Origin: Macrostomum lignano
Lineage: Eukaryota
NCBI GenBank assembly: GCA_002269645.1
Contig: NIVC01000554.1
Span: forward strand, 48,340-112,339
DNA length: 64,000 nucleotides
Direction of reading: 5' to 3'
This document shows, piece after piece, positions 1 to 12,800 of this stretch. Under the pieces are notes generated by a model. The model was not told the origin of the DNA, searched no databases, and was given only the letters and a program-made list of their open reading frames with translations. Both the position numbers and the translations under genes were made by a program. Numbering within the stretch: the stretch's first letter is position 1; each line of letters starts with the position of its first letter.

Positions 1-3000
1 GTGTATTTCGGTCTAGACGAAACTCTCTACGACACCATCAGTCCCGCCATCCTTGCTGCTTTCGGTCAGGACAGCGGCGAATCTCTGCGCTGCTGCGCTC
101 AGTTTGCTGTAGATTATTGCCGAGTCTGCCTGGCCAGGTGGCCGGGTGAGCCCGAGCTGGCAAATGAAGCGGCCAAGCTGATGTGCGCCCTGACTGAGCG
201 GCGCGACTGGTGAGTTTAGGTCCATTCACATCCATCCACTAACCAGCCCGTTCACAGTAATTTAATTGCAGTAGCCATTCACAGTAGCTATTCACAGTAC
301 TTCATTCACAATAGCCATTCACAGTAAATCATTCACAGTAATTCATTCACAATAGCCATTCACAGTAGCTATTCACAGTACTTCATTCACAGTAGCCATT
401 CACAGTAGCCATTCACAGTAAATCATTCACAGTAATTCATTCACAGTAGCCATTCACAGTATTTCATTCACAATAGCCATTCACAGTAGCCATTCACAGT
501 ATTTAATTCACAGTAGCCATTCACAGTAGCCATTCACAGTATTTCATTCACAGTAGCCATTCACAGTATTTCATTCACAATAGCCATTCACAGTATTTCA
601 TTCACAATAGCCATTCACAGTAAATCATTCACAGTAATTCATTCACAATAGCCATTCACAGTAGCCATTCACAGTATTTCATTCACAGTAGCCATTCACA
701 GTATTTCATTCACAGTAGCCATTCACAGTATTTCATTCACAGTAGCCATTCACAGTATTTCATTCACAGTAGCCATTCACAGTATTTCATTCACAGTAGC
801 CATTCACAGTAGCCATTCACAGTATTTCATTCACAGTAGCCATTCACAGTATTTCATTCACAATAGCCATTCACAGTAGCCATTCACAGTAATTTATTGC
901 TACTGTCTCTAGCTGATTAGGCTGCTGAAAAGCGGCTCAAGTGAATTTCGGCCAAAGCCCCAGCATCCCGAACCCTCTGCAGCATCAAGTACTGCGGCAG
1001 CTCAGGCACTCGAGTTCGCCGCACCTCCAAGCTGAACTTTCTCTCCTCTCTGGTGGCCAGCCTGCCCAGCTGGTGGCAGCTGGCCCAGGATATCGGCGCG
1101 CTGACGCCGCCGCTGACTCAGGCGCCCCCCGCAGCGCTGTCCACCGCTGTCCGGGCCGTTGTCCAAGCCGGCCGAGCTCTGTCCACCGCGGCCGACCAGC
1201 CGGCCAAGGACGGTCGCCATTCCGACGCTGTGGAACGCGAGCGAACCTACTGGGGTGTCACCGTTGTCCGTCTGCAGCTTCGAGCTGGTGAACTCATCTC
1301 GAGCGGCTTGCCCGACTCCTCAACCGAGGCCGCTCTCGCCCTCGCCCTCGACGCTTTGGCCGGCTGTCGCGATGCCGCTATCGCTGAATCGTCTCTGCTG
1401 CCACTGGCTGAAGCTGCCGCCAATCTGCCAGCCTTGGCTGCCAACGCCGCCCCGATGCTGCTGGGACCGCTGGTGCGCCTCACTGCTGCCTGCGTCACCG
1501 CCGCCGCTGCGCCTGCTAGCGTACAGGTTTGTAGGGGAGAACGGAATGCACCGTTATGTGGATGGTTACCGTGTGGGATTTAGTGTAGTTTCCGTGTGGA
1601 TTTAGTGTAGTTTCCGTGTGGAATTTCGTGTAGTTTCCGTGTGGGATTTAGTGTAGTTTCCGTGTGGGATTTAGTGTAGTTTCCGTGTGGGATTTAGTGT
1701 AGTTTCCGTGTGGGATTTTGTGTAGTTTCCGTGTGGGATTTAGTGTAGTTTCCGTGTGGGATTTAGTGTAGTTTCCGTGTGGGATTTAGTGTAGTTTCCG
1801 TGTGGGATTTAGTGTTGTTTCTAAGTGGGAGTTTTGGTAATGGTAGTCTCTAGGGGGGATTTTTACTGTATAACTAGGATTGTTTTTGGTTTCATATCAG
1901 TGATATTTTCGGTTTCCATATCGGGGATACTTTCGGTTTCCATGTCGGGGATATTTCCGGTTGCCATATCGGGGATATTTCCGGTTTCCATATCCGGGAT
2001 ATTTCCGGGATATTTTCTAGCTCTATTTCGTTTTCCCCTATATAGACCTCCAGGCGTCTCCAAGCCGTGGCCAGTCGGCTGTGTCGAATTGTCGGACAGC
2101 GCACGCCCCCGGCCGACGCGTCCGAGCTCGGTCAGCTGGTCGGCCTGCTGCACAGCATGCTGTCCCAGTCTCTGCTGGACTTCTGGTCCGAGCCCGAGGA
2201 GCATCTGCTGGATGGTGGCGAGACCGCTTCGACCGGTGCCGAGACCGCAGCCGCCGCTGTGTCCGGATTCGCCGACCTGCTGCCCGCGGTGGCCCGTCGT
2301 CTGGCCGAGGACCCGGCCGAACTGGCCGAGCCAACCCTGCGACTGTGCGTGGCCGCGGCCGAGGCCGCCTCCGACCGGCTTCTGGCGATGCCTGAGGAGG
2401 CGTTGAATAGTCTGGCTATGGGCTGCCTGCGACCGGCTCTAGCCGGCGAGCTGGTGAGTCGGTGGGAGAATTATCCCATGAGTAGATTAGGCTTGACAAT
2501 TATCCCAGGAGTAGATTGAGCTTGGGGAGAATTATCCCACGAGAAGATTGGGCTTGGGGAGAATTATCCCACGAGTAGATTGGGCTTGGAGAGAATTATC
2601 CCATGAGTAGATTGGGCTTAGGGAGAATTATCCCCGGAGTAGATTGGGCTTGGGGAGAATTATCCCGTGAGTAGATTGGGCTGGGGAGAATTATTCCCGG
2701 AGTAGATTGGGCTGGGGAGAATTATCTCCGGAGTAGATTGGGCTTGGGGAGAATTATCCCCGGAGTAGATTGGGCTTGGGGAGAATTATCCCCGGAGTAG
2801 ATTGGGCTTGGGGAGAATTATCCCCGGAGTAGATTGGGCTTGGGGAGAATTATCCCCGGAGTAGATTGGGCTTGCGGAGAATTATCCCACGAGTAGATTG
2901 AGCTTGGGGATAATTATCCCATGAGTAGATTGGGCTTGAGGAGAATTATCCCCGGAGTAGATTGGGCTTGGGGAGAATTATCCCATGAGTAGAATACGTA

Positions 3001-3539
3001 TAAGTAGAATAAAATGAGATAACTGTCTCATTCTCCCGCAGCCCTCGGACAGTCGCCGACTTGCCTGCGAATGCGTGTCCGCCTTGGCCCTGTCCGGCTG
3101 GCCGCTGTCGGGCCGCCACGCCGGTCCGCTGCTGGCCGCCCTGCTCTGCCCCCAGTCGAACTCGGCGCCATCGGACCCGGCCGCCGCCGCCGCCTCCCTG
3201 GACGGTTTGGACTCGGGCGGCTCGCTGGTGTCGGACGCCGTCTTGGCCCTCTGTCTGGCCGACCCGGCCGCGTTTGCCGCTCTGGCCGACGCTTGGCTGA
3301 TTAGCGACGGCGGCAGCTCCACAGACGAGCGTCGGCGTGAGCGCCTTGGCGACGCTCTGAACCAGCTGGCCACCGGCGTCGCCGAAGCCGCCGCCGCTTC
3401 GTCGCGTACGGCGCCGTCCGGCTCAGTGAATGGTGCCGGCGCTCAGTCGCGTCGATTTCCCGACAGGCCGGCCCGGTTGGCTTTTGCTGAACAGTTCGAA
3501 ATGTTTCTGGTTCGGCTGCGGGCCATTGCGATCGTGTGA
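1..3539 (+). CDS. XPO4: Exportin-4 (importin-beta family), 3' part. Exons <1-209, ~1061-1526, 2046-2453, 3042-3539 (stop)
   Basis: GT..AG junctions with compatible phases. Motifs 'LGQLVGLLHSMLSQSLLDF', 'RLGDALNQL' and 'DRPARLAFAEQFEMFLVRL' resemble the XPO4 C-terminus as recalled (LLLIMELLTNLLSKEFIDF, RLADAFNKL, DRKQKMAFLKSLEEF). Exon 2 acceptor is uncertain (1061 preferred, 983 possible). Confidence 0.8.
250..895. repeat. Intronic minisatellite, 13-14 bp unit (ATTCACAGTAGCC / ATTCACAGTATTTC)
   Basis: Direct tandem repeats filling the XPO4 intron. Confidence 0.95.
1575..1815. repeat. Intronic minisatellite, 23-bp unit GTGTGGGATTTAGTGTAGTTTCC
   Basis: About 10 tandem copies in the XPO4 intron. 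Confidence 0.95.
1895..2010. repeat. Short 24-bp tandem repeat (ATCGGGGATATTTCCGGTTTCCAT)
   Basis: About 4-5 degenerate copies; source of the spurious ETGNIPDM ORF. Confidence 0.85.
2465..2990. repeat. Intronic minisatellite, 32-bp unit GAGTAGATTGGGCTTGGGGAGAATTATCCCCG
   Basis: Tandem copies between donor 2454 and acceptor 3041. Confidence 0.95.
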
Positions 3540-3597
3540 CTGGCTGGTGGGCTTTCGCGCGTTAATCGACAAGTTTTGTAGAAGTTCAGCCCCCTTA

Positions 3598-3970
3598 AGT
3601 TGGCGCTCAATCATCATGAATTGGCGCTCAACCATCATCATGAATTGGCGCTCAATCATCATCATGAATTGGCGCTCAATCATCATGAATTGGCGCTCAA
3701 TCGTCATGAATTGGCGCTCAATCATCATCATGAATTGGCGCTCAATCATCATAAATTGGAGCTCAATCATCATCATGAATTGGCGCTCAATCATCATCAT
3801 GAATTGGCGCTCAATCATCATAAATTGGAGCTCAATCATCATCATGAATTGGCGCTCAATCATCATCATGAATTGGCGCTCAATCATCATGAATTGGCGC
3901 TCAATCATCATCATTAATTGGCGCTCAATCATCATGAATTGGCGCTCAATCATCATCATCAATTGGCGCT
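3598..3970. repeat. Minisatellite, 21/24-bp unit TGGCGCTCAATCATCAT(CAT)GAAT, just 3' of the XPO4 stop
   Basis: Tandem copies with a variable number of CAT triplets. Confidence 0.95.
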
Positions 3971-4487
3971 TAAATTTTTTAAATTTCTGAAATCTAAGAT
4001 CGGCGCCTAAAGCAGCGAAGTTGGCTCCCAAACCAAATTTATTTATTGGTATCTCAGCAGAATCTATATCCTTTAATAATTCCAAATATACTAATTCTCA
4101 AATTCTGTTGAGTAAATTTCGCCTAAAATATCGTTAGTGCCCCAATTCTCTACTTTTTGTCAGTAGTTTTGTATTTGTTTTAAAGTTTTTAATGCATAAA
4201 GTTTTTGAGCTGAAAAATCGATTAATTTGAGTCAGGAGAATCTATCATTTACCTGTTTTGCATTGCAAATTCAAATTCATTGTTAATTCTATAATTCGAT
4301 CCACGGGTAATTAAAAATCCATCACGATTTTTTATTTCTGTTCCAAAATTTTAACATTCTGCTAACATTTCGAATTTATTGTAAGTTCGGTGTCAGGCAA
4401 GAAAGTTTTAGGAAACATTTTCTGCGTTTTGTGTCTCAATTTACTGCTTGAATTTGCTTTCAGTTGCATCTGTACTTGTGTCAGTGG

Positions 4488-5685
4488 CGTGCCCTCCTTC
4501 ATACCTTCCGATCCCCTTCAGCGGGTATTACCCTCCTTCATACCCTCCGGTCCCTTCAGCGGGTATACCCTCCTTCATACCCTCTGGTCCCTTCAGCGGG
4601 TATTACCCTCCTTCATACCCTCCGGTCCCTTCAGCGGGTATACCCTCCTTCATACCCTCCGATCCCTTCAGCGGGTATACCCTCCTTCATACCCTCCGAT
4701 CTCCTTCAGCGGGTATTGCCCTCCTTCATACCCTCTGATCCCTTCAGCGGGTATTGCCCTCCTTCATACCCTCTGATCCCTTCAGCGGGTATACCCTCCT
4801 TCATACCCTCTGATCCCTTCAGCGGGTATTGCCCTCCTTCATACCCTCTGATCCCTTCAGCGGGTATACCCTCCTTCATACCCTCCGATCCCTTCAGCGG
4901 GTATTACCCTCCTTCATACCCTCTGATCCCTTCAGCGGGTATACCCTCCTTCATACCCTCCGATCCCTTCAGTGGGTATACCCTCCTTCATACCCTCCGA
5001 TCCCTTCAGTGGGTATTACCCTCCTTCATACCCTCCGATCCCTTCAGCGGGTATTACCCTCCTTCATACCCTCCGATCCCCTTCAGCGGGTATTACCCTC
5101 CTTCATACCCTCCGATCCCTTTAGCGGGTATTACCCTCCTTCATACCCTCCGATCCCTTCAGCGGGTATTACCCTCCTTCATACCCTCTGATCCCTTCAG
5201 CGGGTATTACCCTCCTTCATACCCTCTGATCCCTTCAGCGGGTATTACCCTCCTTCATACCCTCCGATCCCCTTCAGCGGGTATACCCTCCTTCATACCC
5301 TCTGATCCCTTCAGCGGGTATACCCTCCTTCATACCCTCCGATCCCTTCAGCGGGTATTACCCTCCTTCATACCCTCCGATCCCTTTTGCGGGTATTACC
5401 CTCCTTCATACCCTCCGATCCCTTCAGTGGGTATACCCTCCTTCATACCCTCTGATCCCTTCAGCGGGTATTACCCTCCTTCATACCCTCCGATCCCCTT
5501 CAGCGGGTATACCCTCCTTCATACCCTCTGATCCCTTCAGCGGGTATACCCTCCTTCATACCCTCCGATCCCTTTTGCGGGTATTACCCTCCTTCATACC
5601 CTCCGATCCCTTCAGTGGGTATACCCTCCTTCATACCCTCCGATCCTTTCAGCGGGTATACCCTCCTTCATACCCTCCGATCATT
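4488..5685. repeat. Minisatellite, 37-39 bp unit ATACCCTCCTTCATACCCTCCGATCCCTTCAGCGGGT
   Basis: About 30 tandem copies. Confidence 0.95.
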
Positions 5686-6547
5686 GATTTTTCTGCTTAA
5701 TTCCTACTTCAACTAATTGTGTTGGTTAATTTTTTCGCTGCTTAAATTCGGTAACTGGGTTTTTCTGTCGCATTTTTGCTTAACAACGGCACCCCCTCCA
5801 ACCCATCCATTGGATGCGACCTCACACAACTCGGTAATGCTTTTATCCGTGCCAAGTGCCCCGCTGCTGTCCTTGTCATATTTAGCAGTCCTGGACTCCC
5901 GCGGTGTTCAGTGCGCTTGTTTTACAATCTGTCTACCCATAAATCATCCGCTCTACATTAACTATGACTCATTATAACCCGGCGTTGCGATATATTTTTT
6001 TGAGTTTATTTTTTAACTTCTACGGCAAACTTTCATATACATGCATCCAACAGTGTATCGTGTGCCCGTGTGTCTTAACCCATTAATAATTTCACCTGTG
6101 CTTGTCCGACTGTTGAGAAGGTCTGGTCAGTTTCCTTGTATAAATTATTAAAATTGTTATTATTGTTTCTGTAAACTCGAATAATATTCATCCTATTAGC
6201 TATCTTTGTGATGAGGAATCTTTCGGTTAGCTTTATGTATTTTCTAGTTATTAACAATTGTTGGGCGTAAATAGTTTCTATATTAATTACTTTATAATTA
6301 ATTACCATCCTTAACTTTTGTACCTAGCAAGTCATTAGCAACTGTTGTAAAGTGTAATGCTGCTTAGTAACTGTATCAAAGGCTGGAATTGAAAATTAAT
6401 AAATCAAATAACAGGCAATTGCTTGCATGCTAAGTTGCTACCAACTGAAGTTCCCAAATTTTTTTCTATTTAATTCGTAAGTTGACTGGTGACTTCCTCA
6501 TTTTCAGCTTCCCGCGCTTCTGTCGCTGCTTGCTGATTGACTGGTCA

Positions 6548-6550
6548 GAC

Positions 6551-6605
<55 letters not shown>

Positions 6606-6625
6606 GACAGACAGACAGACGGACT

Positions 6626-6691
<66 letters not shown>

Positions 6692-6711
6692 GACAGACAG
6701 ACAGACGGACT

Positions 6712-6781
<70 letters not shown>

Positions 6782-6801
6782 GACAGACAGACAGACGGAC
6801 T

Positions 6802-6847
<46 letters not shown>

Positions 6848-6867
6848 GACAGACAGACAGACGGACT

Positions 6868-6899
<32 letters not shown>
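6548..6899. repeat. (GACA)n microsatellite with a recurring higher-order interruption
   Basis: GACA runs punctuated four times by GACAAACAGAGACAG and by GACGGACTGACAG. Confidence 0.97.
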
Positions 6900-7084
6900 T
6901 TTTTTAGTTATTGCTTGTTTACATGAACTATAGTTGCATTGATTTGCATTTAAATGTCACTGTTCCAAAATCAGGCAGGAGCATGTCTTGCTTTCCCTCC
7001 AGTAAATGTGACCTGGCCAGAATTTTAATATCGTTGGCTGGTCTATTAGCAGCATAAATCAGTAATTCAGAATTCGTTGTTCAG

Positions 7085-7970
7085 TACTCAGTGAGCAGTC
7101 TCATAACTGGCTCTGTCACTCAGTGAGCAGTTTCATAACTGGCTCTGTCACTCAGTGAGCAGTCTCATAACTGGCTCTGTCAGTCAGTGAGCAGTCTCAT
7201 AACTGGCTCTGTCAGTCACTCAGTGAGCAGTCTCATAACTGGCTCTGTCAGTCACTCAGTGAGCAGTCTCATAACTGGCTCTGTCACTCAGTGAGCAGTC
7301 TCATAACTGGCTCTGTCACTCAGTGAGCAGTCTTATAACTGGCTCTGTCACTCAGTGAGCAGTCTCATAACTGGCTCTGTCAGTCACTCAGTGAGAAGTC
7401 TCATAACTGGCTCTGTCAGTCACTCAGTGAGCAGTCTCATAACTGGCTCTGTCAGTCACTCAGTGAGCAGTCTCATAACTGGCTCTGTCACTCAGTGAGC
7501 AGTCTCATAACTGGCTCTGTCAGTCACTCAGTGAGCAGTCTCATAACTGGCTCTGTCAGTCACTCAGTGAGCAGTCTCATAACTGGCTCTGTCAGTCACT
7601 CAGTGAGCAGTCTCTTAACTGGCTCTGTCAGTCACTCAGTGAGCAGTCTCATAACTGGCTCTGTCAGTCACTCAGTGAGAAGTCTCTTAACTGGCTCTGT
7701 CAGTCACTCAGTGAGCAGTCTCATAACTGGCTCTGTCAGTCACTCAGTGAGAAGTCTCTTAACTGGCTCTGTCAGTCACTCAGTGAGCAGTTTCATAACT
7801 GGCTCTGTCAGTCACTCAGTGAGCAGTCTCATAACTGGCTCTGTCAGTCACTCAGTGAGCAGTCTCATAACTGGCTCTGTCACTCAGTGAGCAGTCTCAT
7901 AACTGGCTCTGTCAGTCACTCAGTGAGCAGTCTCATATCTGGCTCTGTCACTCAGTGAGCAGTCTCATAA
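7085..7970. repeat. Minisatellite, 32/36-bp unit CAGTGAGCAGTCTCATAACTGGCTCTGTCA(GTCA)CT
   Basis: Tandem copies. Confidence 0.95.
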
Positions 7971-8904
7971 CTAGTTTGTTTTTACTTTGTCTCTATTTAG
8001 TTCGGATTAAGTTTTCTGTGTTAATTGTTTCTAGTTTTTAAACCTCCAAGAACACCCACAGCTGTTCATTGTTAATTAATTATTTATGAGCATCATGGTC
8101 TCAGTTCTGTGAGTGTGTGTTAAACTGCATCCACTTTCTAGTAATAAATAATAGAGAAGTTATTGTCGTCAACTGACAGAGCAATTAAAGTTTTGCATTG
8201 CTATTACGAGCTATATTCTATTGGCTGTTATATCGCTAAGCTTCAGTATTTAGAGTTCAAGTTCGTATCAATCTCGTGAGCGCGCGCCTCTCCTGGGACA
8301 CGAGGAATGGGGAGAGAAAAGTGTTGCATTGCAATTACAGATCCCTAGCTGTTCGTTTGTCCTCTCGATAAAATATTAACACGTGTAGCTTCAATGTGGA
8401 GAAAAAGCTCATGTGTCTCGGGACCAGCGTCTATTGATTGATTTAAACATGCGAGTCTTTCGTGTGTGGGACAGGGGGTGTTTGCCAGGCAATTGCTGCA
8501 TTTTTATGTTCTGAACCTGTGTCTCTATTTTTCACTCTCTACTCTCGACAGGTCTTCGGCGGCTCTGATGCATGAGCACTTGAAAGGCTCTGCCGCAGAG
8601 CTAGAATCTTCGATAGCATGTCTGCCCGACCAATGGCATCAGTTGGGGCAACTGGCATGCCATACTGCTATAATAGCTGGGCTGCTGGGTATCGGGGTTG
8701 GGACTGCGTACCCAGTTGTCGATTCTCGAAGCTATACGATCGTCGGGTTCTGTCTGTCCTATAAAGGAAATCAATTGTTATTTTTCACTAGAAGCTCTGT
8801 AAGCCGGCTTTGAACGGTAAAAATCTGGATAATTGATTGAGACCCTGTAATCTTCTCTAAGCTTTAGGCCACTCTAACCTAAACTTATTGCAGCTTGACC
8901 CTAA

Positions 8905-9378
8905 TGTTTCCCTAACCCTACTGTTGCCCTAACCCTAATGTAGCCTTAACCCTACTGTTGCCCTAACCCTACTGTTGCCCTAACCCTACTGTTGCCCTAA
9001 CCCTACTGTTGCCCTAACCCTACTGTTGCCCTAACCCTAATGTAGCCTTAACCCTACTGTTGCCCTAACCCTACTGTTGCCCTAACCCTACTGTTTCCCT
9101 AACCCTACTGTTTCCCTAACCCTACTGTTGCCCTAACCCTACTGTTGCCCTAACCCTACTGTTGCCCTAACCCTAATGTAGCCTTAACCCTACTGTTGCC
9201 CTAATCCTAATGTAGCCTTAACCCTACTGTTGCCCTAACCCTAATGTTGCCCTAACCCTAATGTAGCCCTAACCCTAATGTAGCCCTAACCCTAATGTAG
9301 CCCTAACCCTAATGTAGCCCTAACCCTAATGTAGCCCTAACCCTAATGTAGCCCTAACCCTAATGTAGCCCTAACCCT
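8905..9378. repeat. Telomere-like 17-bp minisatellite CCCTAACCCTAATGTAG / CCCTAACCCTACTGTTG
   Basis: Each unit carries CCCTAACCCTA(A), i.e. up to two TTAGGG hexamers on the minus strand, plus a 5-nt spacer. Confidence 0.9.
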
Positions 9379-9478
9379 TCTGTTCAAGCCCCCGCTTAGT
9401 CAACCAACAACTTCATCGCAGTAGAAACATTTTTTCCGCATTCTGTTCGCCTCAGGAAATTAGCCCAGCACCCGCGGC

Positions 9479-9820
9479 ATGTCCTCAGCAGCGCTGCGTC
9501 ACCTCTTCGCCCTGAGCCTGGCCGTCTGCGGCCTCGCCCTGCTAATGATGACGTCATCGACAACGTCGTCCGCGGCATTTGCGGCTCCGACATCCAGGCG
9601 GCAGCAGCGGAGCGGCCTGCTGGACCATCGGTACGTTACCTTCAAGAAGAAAAGCGACCGCGCCTACAACAGCGACATCGACCGGATGCTGTCGATAAAG
9701 CGAAACAGAGGCGGCGGCGACTTCGACAAGCTGATGAAGCAGCTGGAGATGCTGAATTCGAATGGAGCGCCGCCGAATTTCGATTCGATGATTTTCCGAC
9801 TGAGAAGGGGAAAAAACTGA
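9479..9820 (+). CDS. Putative secreted neuropeptide/prohormone precursor, 113 aa, single coding exon
   Basis: GC-rich coding-like composition; N-terminal hydrophobic signal peptide; basic cleavage sites RR, KKK, KR and RR; splice acceptor at 9455 just upstream; AATAAA near 9985. Confidence 0.65.
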   Translation: MSSAALRHLFALSLAVCGLALLMMTSSTTSSAAFAAPTSRRQQRSGLLDHRYVTFKKKSDRAYNSDIDRMLSIKRNRGGGDFDKLMKQLEMLNSNGAPPNFDSMIFRLRRGKN

Positions 9821-12800
9821 CCGATGAAGCATTATTGAGCTGCTCATGGGCAAGACTTGGATGATAAAAGACTCGAACTGCATGTACACTCTGTAGCTGC
9901 AACCCAATATTCTGCAGCTGTTGAAAACCATCGTTTGATTCTAAAAAAACAGCAACAAATTCTGGTGGTTTGAATTTCGATCATTAATAAAATATTAATG
10001 CAGTTGATAATTATTAACAGTATGTTTTTGATTTTCCATTTTTTTACTATAATAGACAGCTGGGTTTCCATGCGCGCGAGCGGGTTTTTCTGAACTCACT
10101 GCTGTTTTTGTGACTCGCCATTTATCTTGATTAGTGAATATCCTTGATATTTGCCTTCGTAAAAATAGCTGACAAGGTAAATGCATAGCACGGGCGTAGT
10201 ATCTAGTAGTCCGCCATGCTGCTCTTGCTTATCCAGAAGAAGCGGATGGCAATTCAATTTGAGGCGGCGCTATCGGGACACGCAAACCCGCAATTCGATA
10301 TATTTGTTTGGACTAATCGAGAATATTTATTGTATAAGATTTATTGGTGTGTGCGTGTGTGTGTGTGTAGCTGCATGAATTAAATGGCATTCAAGTGGTC
10401 TTGAAGACTGAGCACCATTGCATGAATACCTAGTCACTTTCAGTTGAGCATGCTTGAGTTGGAGAGAGAGAAAGAGAGATGCTGCTTTTGTCTCAAAAGA
10501 TTTCATTTAATTAACTGCCTTATTGTTGAGTGCTCCTTTTATCCTTTTATTTTGGACGGTTTTCAGTCATGCGTGAAAATTGCCAATGCAATCCTCGTAT
10601 ATATGTATGTGTAATTAAATTGGACTTGAATACTTTCAGCTCCTTCAAGTATGCAATCGCTTCCTGCAGATAGGCGAGTTGCCAGTTGAGAGCACTCTAA
10701 AATCGGCTCTCTTCTGGATCAGTTCTAATCGGTTGAGACCATGTGTTACATGTACACATCATAAACATGTAGATGGTTCATACATGTAAAATGTACATGT
10801 AATGTGTACCCTCATGTACTTGACATGTGCACATTGTACATTGGAAATTAAATTACGCTGAACAAAGTTACAATTCATTCATAGTGTATGTATATGCACT
10901 AGCTATTTATTGAACTAGTTGGGTTTATTTATGCATTGTTCATTTAATTGTGTCGAACTGTGTCGAACATAGCATGTAAATATCGAATCGTGCGCGTGAA
11001 AAAAACTGTACATATGTATAGAATTGGTAAATTCAATTTGCATTGATCCGGAGCGGGAACAGGTACAATACATGGGCGTGTACTGCGCTGCAGTGCACTT
11101 GTACATGCATTTCTCAAGGACGACTTAATTAATGTTACACGTAATCGTCCTTAAGCCATGCTTAATTATAATTAGTAGTCCTTGATGTTTTTTATCTTCA
11201 GTACATAACTTTCTATTTCCTACAGTTTTATTTCTTCTTTTAAAAAATTACACATTAGCATTAGCATCTCACAATTTTCCGTACAATTTTATTGAATACG
11301 GACGTAAAGCATTCTATATATCACAATATACTAAATCTCTAAGGTTTGACCGGTATTCCAGTCTACAGCCTGAATGCCTGAACCGATTTTTTTCAAACTT
11401 GCTTTATTCAACTCAATCTAAATATACTAAATCTCTAAGGTTTGTATGCTTGTACTATACTATATCCGCCCTGAATAAAACAATGAAAGTCTATAATTAG
11501 CTACTGAAATTTAGCTGCGTCAGTAAATAAATTTATACTTTGATTGTATAATTTCCGCTTAATTTAAAGTTCATTTAATTTTAAACAGCTTAGCTATTTG
11601 CTTCCCTCGCGAATAAACTGGACATCTAATGAGTTCATCATCTTTATATGAACTGTTCTATAAATACGAAATTTGTAATTCCAACTTTCCTCGAAAGAAA
11701 TCAGTTAAAAATGAATCACGTGTGTTTTTATCTCTTGCTTTTGACAACGGCCTGTGGAATGTTATTTACCTTTCTACCGAGAATTTCAGCCCAGCTTTGG
11801 AAATTTTCAGTAAGTTATTGACCTAAATATATTTCAATGAAGCCATTTTCATTGCTAATAAGGGGCTCAAAAGTTTTTAAGTTAGGCCAAAGTTTAGGCG
11901 TAGGCCTAACAAACGTTTGACAAGCCAAACAAAGATTCACATAAAAGTATTTCTTCCCCTTTAGTAACCGACATTGATGAACAATTAAAATATTAAAAGA
12001 ATTCATTTCAGCTAGGGCCTATATAGAATTGAGAACAGATTCAGACAACTGGAATATAGCACAAAATTTAGTTGTAAAATTGTTATTACTCATCAGCAGT
12101 TGTAGTGTCTTGTGTTTTAGTTGGTTGCTTGGGTCGGTTCCATAATGAACATCAGTAATCTATATTATACACTCAGCAACAGTCAACAGAGCAACAGAGA
12201 GGCGACTTCTCTCTCACCTCAACGGCAAGTGACGTAACTTGCGCCACAGCGTGGCTAAAGCTGGGTGAGAGTGAATGCAGGAGAAGGCAATCAGGGGATG
12301 CCTTATCTGCTTCTTTCACCCCACATTAGATGGAGCAAGGTGGCTGGCACAGCACAGTTGGAGTTCGCCTGACAATCTGCAGCAGACGTCGATTTGCCTT
12401 GGCTTTTGAGCTGCGGAGATCATGGCGCTGGCTGCCTATGGCTGCGTGCTAAACACTACCAGTATCTTGGGACTTAGTTAACAGCACTCGAATTTTCAAT
12501 TGTTGAACATGATCGGCTGCACGTGATGGATGCACCAGCTTCTAGCATGCCAACAGTGCGCCATTGTTCAGCATCTGTCATATGCCTGACCATTGTCACG
12601 TGTACAGTGAATTGAATGTTGCACCCCCAACCCCAACCCTAGTCCCTTTTGTACTCTCACCCTGGAATTCACTCATACCCAGCTTTAGCCATGCTGTGGT
12701 GCAAGTTATGTCACTTGCAGTTGAGGTGAGAGAGAAGTCGCCTCTTGGTAGGGTGGTAGTTTTGACTGTTGCTGAGTGTATGTATGCCTGTCTTGTGTCT

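Noticed and set aside
3423-7890. Met/Ile-, His-, Pro- and Ser/Val-rich repeat ORFs
   Set aside because: Products of minisatellites and (GACA)n.
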